Shown here: positions 52,457 to 57,505 of the stretch, piece by piece
How the letters are laid out: each line of letters opens with the position of its first letter
Position numbering within the stretch: position 1 is the first letter of the stretch
NCBI GenBank assembly: GCA_036494925.1
Contig: DASXNR010000417.1
Span: 1-57,505, forward strand
Source: Acetobacteraceae bacterium
GTDB taxonomy: Bacteria; Pseudomonadota; Alphaproteobacteria; Acetobacterales; Acetobacteraceae
Length of the DNA stretch: 57,505 nucleotides
Direction: 5' to 3'
Program-made: the position numbers and the translations under genes
Notes under the pieces: generated by a model
The model's input: the letters and a program-made list of their open reading frames with translations, nothing else
Databases searched by the model: none
What the model was told of the DNA's origin: nothing

Positions 52457-52735
52457 ATGGATCAGGTTCCCCCTCCAGCGGCCAGGACCGTTGGCGCCTA
52501 TGACGCGAAGTCCCGGCTGTCCGAGTTGCTCGACCGTGTCGAGCGTGGCGAGCAGATCGTCATCACCCGGCACGGCAAGCCGATCGCACGACTGGTGCCC
52601 GAGGGTGCGCATGACCGGGAAAGCGCGCACGCTGCCGTGGCGCGCATTCGGGCCCTGCGGGCCAAACTCGCAGCGCGGGGGGTCAACCTTTCGGATGCGG
52701 AAATCCGGGCATTGCGTGACGATGGACGACGATAA
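52457..52735 (+). CDS. type II antitoxin, Phd/YefM-like
   Basis: TVGAYDAKSRLSELLDRVERGEQIVITRHGKPIARLVP is a classic Phd/YefM N-terminal domain. The start is uncertain (52442 GTG or 52457 ATG). Confidence 0.8.
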   Translation: MDQVPPPAARTVGAYDAKSRLSELLDRVERGEQIVITRHGKPIARLVPEGAHDRESAHAAVARIRALRAKLAARGVNLSDAEIRALRDDGRR

Positions 52736-52752
52736 CCGGGCAAGGGCGGACG

Positions 52753-53163
52753 ATGGCGGCCTTGGTGCTGGACGCATCTGTGACACTTGCCGCGGTCCTG
52801 CAGGAGTCCAACGCTGCCGCCGCAATCGATCTGCTGGACCGGGTCGCGGCCGACCGCGCGGCGGTACCCGGTCATTGGCATCTCGAGGTCGGAAACGCCC
52901 TGCTTATGGCGGAACGGCGGCGCGGCATTTTGCCATCACAGCGCGCCGCCTACGTTCACGACCTGCTCACTTTGCCGATCGAAGTCGATCTGGAGACATC
53001 AGCCCGTGCATGGCGCGAGACTGCATCGCTCGCCGAGCGACATCGCCTGACCTTGTATGACGCGGCCTACCTGGAACTGGGCCTGCGCCGTGGACTGCCG
53101 CTCGCGACGTTCGACGCTGCGCTGCGCCGTGCCGCATCCGCCGCCGGCTTGCAGCTGCTGTGA
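52753..53163 (+). CDS. vapC: PIN-domain toxin (VapC-like)
   Basis: LVLDASV N-terminal acidic residue, HLEVGNAL, LTLYDAAYLELG, LATFD. 17 nt downstream of the antitoxin gene. Confidence 0.8.
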   Translation: MAALVLDASVTLAAVLQESNAAAAIDLLDRVAADRAAVPGHWHLEVGNALLMAERRRGILPSQRAAYVHDLLTLPIEVDLETSARAWRETASLAERHRLTLYDAAYLELGLRRGLPLATFDAALRRAASAAGLQLL

Positions 53164-53201
53164 GGGGCTGGAGATGCCGTCCGACCTGTTCGCCGCCGGT
53201 A

Positions 53202-53996
53202 CTACTCCCGCAGCCGCTCCAGCAGCCGCGCGGCAAGCGGGGCTTCGATTGCCTCGAGCGCATCGAGCGCCGCGACTGCCATATCGGGTGAAGCGCGCGC
53301 GGTCCTGCCGAGCAGGACGATACACTCGTCGTCGGCGATCGGCGGTATCGCTTCGATCACATGCCGGGAAGCCGCCTCGCGCAGCGCCTGTTTGAGCAGC
53401 GGCGCGGCCTCCGCGTGGCCCATGCGGGCCAGCGCGCAGGCGGCCTCGAGGCGGATTTCGGAGCGCAGGTCGCCGAGCAGATCGACCAGTGTCGTGATGA
53501 CATCCGGTGCCGCCCTCGCCAGCCGGCAGGCATTGCCACGGATCGCGGGGTCGGCGTGGCGCAGCAACGCCAGCACCGTTTGCGCCGGCAGATGCGATCC
53601 GAGTTGGGTTGCGGCGGCCACGGCGGTGGCCAGTGTCGGCCCCTGCACCCAGCCCCGATCGATGATCCGTGCCACGCCGAGCGCGGCCTCCGGCCCGCCG
53701 ATCGCCGCCAGCGCATTCAGCGCGGCGATCTGCTCCGGCAAGGCGCGCTGCATGCCGAAGCCGGCGAAGCGACGGCAATAGTCCTCCAGTATCGGGATGG
53801 CAGCGGCGAGCCCGCGCCGCCCGGCCTCCGCCGCCAGCAAGGGACCGTCCGTGAGTACGGACGCGGGAATCGCTGCCAGCAGGTCCGCATCGTCAAGTTC
53901 TGCCGGGACGGGACGCGGCCGCCGCTCGACCGGCGGTGCCTGCGCCGGAGGCGGAACCCCTGACCTGGAAAACAGGTCGAGCTGTCCGTCCGACAC
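53202..53996 (-). CDS. HEAT/armadillo-like repeat protein
   Basis: Repeated about 30-aa units of type LLxHxDPxIRxxAxxAL (LLRHADPAIRGNACRLA, LLGDLRSEIRLEAACALARMG). Starts 15 nt downstream of the DODA-family gene. Confidence 0.6.
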   Translation of the reverse strand: MSDGQLDLFSRSGVPPPAQAPPVERRPRPVPAELDDADLLAAIPASVLTDGPLLAAEAGRRGLAAAIPILEDYCRRFAGFGMQRALPEQIAALNALAAIGGPEAALGVARIIDRGWVQGPTLATAVAAATQLGSHLPAQTVLALLRHADPAIRGNACRLARAAPDVITTLVDLLGDLRSEIRLEAACALARMGHAEAAPLLKQALREAASRHVIEAIPPIADDECIVLLGRTARASPDMAVAALDALEAIEAPLAARLLERLRE

Positions 53997-54011
53997 GGTC
54001 GTTGGAACCTG

Positions 54012-54398
54012 TCAGCCCTTCGGCAGCAGTGCCTCGGAGTAGCCGCGGCGCTGCATCGTATCGAGTTTCAGCTTGATCGGCGTGCCGAGCCACAAGGCGT
54101 AGTCGGTGTGGTCATCAACCATGTCGTCGGTCAGCGGATGCACCAGAATGTCGAGACCCTCGCGGTTGAGCATCAGCCACGGGACAACGCTCCGGAACGC
54201 ATCCTGCCTGAAGATCACCTGGAACTGCGGCACCGGGTGCGGTCCGACCTGCTCGCCGCTGAACCGGCCGAGTTCGACCGGGAAGCCCGCGGCAAGCGCC
54301 TCGCGCAGCCTCTCGGCGACGGGACGCGTGGCAGCGTCGTAATAGACATGCGCGTGATAGCCATGAACCGCTGGCGTTGCGGCCGCTGCGTTGGTCAT
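54012..54398 (-). CDS. DOPA 4,5-dioxygenase (DODA) family protein
   Basis: Start at MTNAAA (ATG 54398, SD GGGAGGG). Hallmark HGYHAHVYYD, PVELGRF, VGPHPVPQFQV, ILVHPLT. Confidence 0.8.
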   Translation of the reverse strand: MTNAAAATPAVHGYHAHVYYDAATRPVAERLREALAAGFPVELGRFSGEQVGPHPVPQFQVIFRQDAFRSVVPWLMLNREGLDILVHPLTDDMVDDHTDYALWLGTPIKLKLDTMQRRGYSEALLPKG

Positions 54399-54548
54399 CA
54401 CAGGCCCTCCCAGTAGTCCGGGCACTCTCGCAGGCCGAAGCCAGCGGCACAACCGGCGGCACCGGGCGTTCGATGCCATGGCTGGCGTCGCGGGCCTGGT
54501 TGTGATGCAACAGGACGGCGGATAATTCCTGCCGCGGGAGGATTTGTC

Positions 54549-55487
54549 ATGTCAGGCAGCAACAGCGCCCAATCATCTGGACGGATCGAACAATCGGCTC
54601 CGGAGCTGGAGAGGATCATCGCCACGTCCGAGCCTATCCACTACCTGGCCGATGGCTTCGGAGGTGCGCATGGCCCGGCGGAAGGACCGATCTGGTGGCA
54701 GGAGGGCGGCTACCTGTTGTTCAGCGACATCCACAACAACAAACGTATGAAATACCTCCCCGGCACCGGCGTGACGCTGTTTCAGGAACCGACCAACCGT
54801 GCCAACGGACTGACCCGGGACCAGCAGGGCAGGCTGATCGCCTGCGAGCATGACTCGCGCCGGGTCACGCGTCAGGAACCCGACGGCAGTATCACGGTGA
54901 TCGCCAACAGCTTCCAGGGACGGCAGCTCAACCGGCCCAACGACGTGGTGGTGAAGTCCGACGGCTGCATCTACTTTACCGATCCGTGGACCAGTCCCGC
55001 GCCGGCCGAGCAGTGGGACCTGACATTCTCGGGCGTCTACCGTGTCACCCCCGATCTGGGAACGATGACGCTGCTGATCGGCGACTTCGTGATACCGAAC
55101 GGCCTCGCGTTTTCGCCGGACGAAAGCGTGCTCTACATCAACGACTCGCGCCGCGGGCATATTCGGGCATTTGATCTGATGCCCAACGGAACGCTGGCAA
55201 AGCAGACCGACCGCGTGTTCGCCGATCTGCGCGGCGACGAACCGGGCGTTCCCGACGGCATGAAGGTGGATGTCGAAGGCAACGTCTATTGCGGCGGCGC
55301 CGGCGGGTTGTGGATCATGGATCCGAAGGGAAAGAAGCTGGGCCGGATCGTGCATGGGGCCTCGGCCACCACCAACCTGGGCTTCGGCGGCGATGACTGG
55401 AAGACGCTGTACTTCACCAGCCGCAATCACCTCGGCGCGGTCAAGGTGAAGATTGCGGGTATCCCGGTGCCATCGCGGAAAAAGTAG
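54549..55487 (+). CDS. SMP-30/gluconolactonase/LRE family protein
   Basis: AEGPIWW, LLFSDI, NGLTRDQQGRLIACEH, NRPNDVVVKSDGCIYFTDP, PNGLAFSPD, PDGMKVD blocks. Confidence 0.88.
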   Translation: MSGSNSAQSSGRIEQSAPELERIIATSEPIHYLADGFGGAHGPAEGPIWWQEGGYLLFSDIHNNKRMKYLPGTGVTLFQEPTNRANGLTRDQQGRLIACEHDSRRVTRQEPDGSITVIANSFQGRQLNRPNDVVVKSDGCIYFTDPWTSPAPAEQWDLTFSGVYRVTPDLGTMTLLIGDFVIPNGLAFSPDESVLYINDSRRGHIRAFDLMPNGTLAKQTDRVFADLRGDEPGVPDGMKVDVEGNVYCGGAGGLWIMDPKGKKLGRIVHGASATTNLGFGGDDWKTLYFTSRNHLGAVKVKIAGIPVPSRKK

Positions 55488-55534
55488 CATTGGGTCCGCG
55501 GCGAACCAAGTTGAGGCCGAAATCCGACCGCCAT

Positions 55535-55568
55535 CGTCGTGGCCGGGCTTGGCCCGGCCATCCATGTC
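55535..55568. repeat. inverted repeat L with internal perfect hairpin, flanking the GIY-YIG gene
   Basis: CGTCGT-GGCCGGGC-TTG-GCCCGGCC-ATCCATGTC. 8-bp GC stem at 55541-55548 / 55552-55559. It ends 1 nt before the GIY-YIG stop codon. Confidence 0.7.
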
Positions 55569-55569
55569 T

Positions 55570-55857
55570 TTAGCTCAGCAACGACGGGTACAAGTCGTCC
55601 CATTCCGGATTCTCAGCTGCCAGCAGACGAGTTTTCCAGGCGCGCGGCCAACGTTTGAGGCTGGTCTCTCGCTGAATCGCGGCGGGTATATCCTCGTGGC
55701 GTTCAAAATACACGAGCTTGGTCAGGTCATAGCGATGAACGAAGCTGCTACCAGTGCCTTCTCGATGCTCCCACACACGACGGATGAGGTCGTTCGTGAC
55801 ACCGGCGTACAGAGTGCCATTGCGTCGGTTCGTCACGATGTAGATCCAGCCTCCCAT
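55570..55857 (-). CDS. GIY-YIG nuclease family protein (UPF0213-like, 95 aa)
   Basis: WIYIVTNRRNGTLYAGVTNDLIRRVWEH (GIY...YxG) and downstream R...E (AIQRETSLKRW). Confidence 0.88.
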   Translation of the reverse strand: MGGWIYIVTNRRNGTLYAGVTNDLIRRVWEHREGTGSSFVHRYDLTKLVYFERHEDIPAAIQRETSLKRWPRAWKTRLLAAENPEWDDLYPSLLS

Positions 55858-55887
55858 TCAGGGATGATCTGCCTGCATGGTAAAGAA

Positions 55888-55920
55888 GACGTGGATGGCC
55901 GGGCCAGGCCCGGCCATGAT
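55888..55920. repeat. inverted repeat R with internal perfect hairpin, flanking the GIY-YIG gene
   Basis: GACGTGGAT-GGCCGGGC-CAG-GCCCGGCC-ATGAT. Stem at 55897-55904 / 55908-55915. It lies 30 nt upstream of the GIY-YIG start codon. Confidence 0.7.
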
Positions 55921-55972
55921 TCCTGTGGGGCACAGTATCGCGGTCCTCCGGGAGCTCGTCTTCCTCAGGCCC

Positions 55973-57421
55973 CTACCGCGACAGTGATCGCCCCAGCACT
56001 GTCCAGCCCAGCCGACCGGGCACCACGCCGCTCCCCTGCTCCATCGTCCCCTTGACCTCGATGGAGCGGAACCGCTGCGCCCGGAAACCCGGGGAGAAGT
56101 GATCGGCCCCAAGCCCCGCCTTCAGCTTCAGCGCCGTCAGGAACTGCCGCCGGTCGGCCAACTCCTCCCACACGCTGGGCAGGAACAGTGAACGCCGTCC
56201 AAGGTCCTCGATGATCAGCCCGTCAACCCCCGGGCGAAGCTGCGCCAGCAGGTCGGCCTCGGCGGTGAAGCGCATCGGCTCCGGCGGGGTCAGCACCGAG
56301 ACCGAAAGTGACAGCCGCGGCAGCTCCAGCCAGTCCAATCGCGGGAACCGCCAATCGCGGAACGCCGCGTTGAACGCGTGCTGCACCACGTCGACGAGCA
56401 GCGGCCGGGTCGCCACCGCCGAGCCGATGCAGCCGCGCAGCTCGCCGCTCCGTCGCAGCGTGATGAATGCGGCGCCCGGCGCGGCCAACAGCGGAGCCAC
56501 GGCGCCGTCCGCGATCAGGTGCGGTGGCTGGCCGGTGTCCAGCCCGAACAGGATCGAGCGTCGCGCCAGGTCGATCAGCGCCGGCCCGACCGCCTCGACG
56601 GCGGTCCGTTCGGTATCCGGCACAATCCCCTCGTACAGCGCCCAGGCGCCGTAGCCCACCACACGGTCGCGCGGGCCGGCGGTGTCGCCGGAGTTGCGCA
56701 GGTCCAGGCGCTCGATCGCCAGACCTCGCTGGCGTGCCGCCAGCAGCAAACCGCGCGTCGGCACTGCCCCGCAGGCCTGCGTCGGTGTGATGGCGGGATC
56801 GAACCGCTCGATCGCTTCGGCCGTGGTCTGGTCGAGCCGCCGGCACGCGGCGTAGTCGAGGTAGTGCGACAGGTCGGTGGAGACCACGATCAGCGTCTCC
56901 GGGCCACCCCACAGCGCGTCGAACACCGCCGCGACCGCCTCGGCTGGCGCATCGCCGGCGACGATCGGCACCAGGCGGAACTCGCCCAGCACGTGCTGCA
57001 GGAACGGCACGTGCACCTCCAGCGCATGCTCGCGCTGATAGGCGGCATCGAGCTCGCCCACCATGGGCAGCGCGCGGAGCCGTGCGATCGCCTCCGTGTC
57101 GAGCTGCACGGTGCCGCCCGGCATGGCCCAGGCCTGGGCGGTATCCACCGCAAGGCCGCGGAACGCGACATAGTGGGACGGCCCGATCAGTACCACGCGG
57201 CGGATCGTGCCGCGCCCGGCAGCCAGGCGCGCATAGGCCCGGGCGGCAACGGGGCCGGAATAGATGTAGCCGGCGTGCGGGCCGATGATCGCCTTCGGGA
57301 CCGCGGGCGACGGCGCGTCGTTGGCCGCCTCGGACAGGAACTGCACGAGCTGCCGTTCCAGCACATCCGGCTCGGCCGGGTAGAAGGTTCCCGCGACAGC
57401 GGGATGGCGGATCGCGGTCAT
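55973..57421 (-). CDS. fused Memo-like (AmmeMemoRadiSam system protein B) and AMMECR1 (protein A) domains
   Basis: N-terminal half: HPAVAGTFYP, GPHAGYIYSG, ALEVHVPFLQ, VSTDLSHY (Memo/MEMO1 family). C-terminal half: GAAFITLRRSGELRGCIGS, LSVSVLT, GLIIEDLGRRSLFLPSVWE (AMMECR1). Start uncertain: ATG 57421 or 57442, or GTG 57451. ATG 57421 overlaps the TGA of another frame that stays open to the window edge. Confidence 0.85.
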   Translation of the reverse strand: MTAIRHPAVAGTFYPAEPDVLERQLVQFLSEAANDAPSPAVPKAIIGPHAGYIYSGPVAARAYARLAAGRGTIRRVVLIGPSHYVAFRGLAVDTAQAWAMPGGTVQLDTEAIARLRALPMVGELDAAYQREHALEVHVPFLQHVLGEFRLVPIVAGDAPAEAVAAVFDALWGGPETLIVVSTDLSHYLDYAACRRLDQTTAEAIERFDPAITPTQACGAVPTRGLLLAARQRGLAIERLDLRNSGDTAGPRDRVVGYGAWALYEGIVPDTERTAVEAVGPALIDLARRSILFGLDTGQPPHLIADGAVAPLLAAPGAAFITLRRSGELRGCIGSAVATRPLLVDVVQHAFNAAFRDWRFPRLDWLELPRLSLSVSVLTPPEPMRFTAEADLLAQLRPGVDGLIIEDLGRRSLFLPSVWEELADRRQFLTALKLKAGLGADHFSPGFRAQRFRSIEVKGTMEQGSGVVPGRLGWTVLGRSLSR

Positions 57422-57505
57422 CGTCGCCAGATATTGGCGCATGGATACCACGATTGAAGGTTCGCTGTTCCCCGCGCGACACTGGCACGCGCTGGCCGAC
57501 GGGCG

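Larger units (their letters stand above)
55535..55920. mobile_element. putative 386-bp cassette: GIY-YIG gene bounded by inverted hairpin repeats (REPtron-like architecture)
   Basis: IR-L (55535-55568) and IR-R (55888-55920) are reverse complements of each other at about 29 of 33 positions. The enclosed gene has lower GC (about 57% in a sampled 60-mer) than its surroundings. Confidence 0.4.

Overview
This is a high-GC (about 68-70% by eye) chromosomal segment of alphaproteobacterial type, densely coding and mostly housekeeping or metabolic.

Gene content, left to right:
- a 5'-truncated TPR protein and a SAM methyltransferase
- a Liv/HAAT-type ABC importer operon on the minus strand: permeases, two ATPases, a degenerate acyl-CoA-synthetase-like protein and two tandem paralogous binding proteins
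- a 0.92-kb repeat-rich non-coding gap
- a beta-oxidation-like operon: alpha/beta hydrolase, a 136-aa orphan, FadB/J-like fusion, acyl-CoA dehydrogenase, MOSC protein
- a crotonase and a 2-TM ion channel
- an OMF-MFP-RND efflux operon
- an ABM-like protein, a second MOSC protein and clpB
- napEFDABC
- a tightly packed seven-gene cluster headed by a cytoplasmic molybdopterin oxidoreductase
- an LVIVD beta-propeller gene placed divergently to a COG0523 GTPase gene
- pssA-psd
- several membrane or orphan genes, a cytochrome b and a ferritin-like protein
- a Uma2 nuclease
- the atpHAGDC operon
- a Phd/VapC-type toxin-antitoxin pair
- a DOPA-dioxygenase-family gene followed by a HEAT-repeat gene
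- an SMP-30 lactonase
- a small GIY-YIG nuclease gene
- a fused Memo-AMMECR1 gene at the right edge

I saw no rRNA, tRNA or CRISPR array.

I did not find a clear multi-gene novel defence system. The most unusual signals are:
- the GIY-YIG gene precisely bracketed by about 33-nt inverted repeats, each containing a perfect GC hairpin (a REPtron-like layout)
- the Memo-AMMECR1 fusion
- a G6-run frameshift at the 3' end of the efflux outer-membrane gene
- palindromic repeat elements and a 14-nt direct repeat in the large non-coding gap
- the LVIVD/COG0523 pair
- the pseudo-enzyme-like adenylation domain in the ABC operon

The many very long ORFs antisense to real genes are treated as high-GC artefacts.
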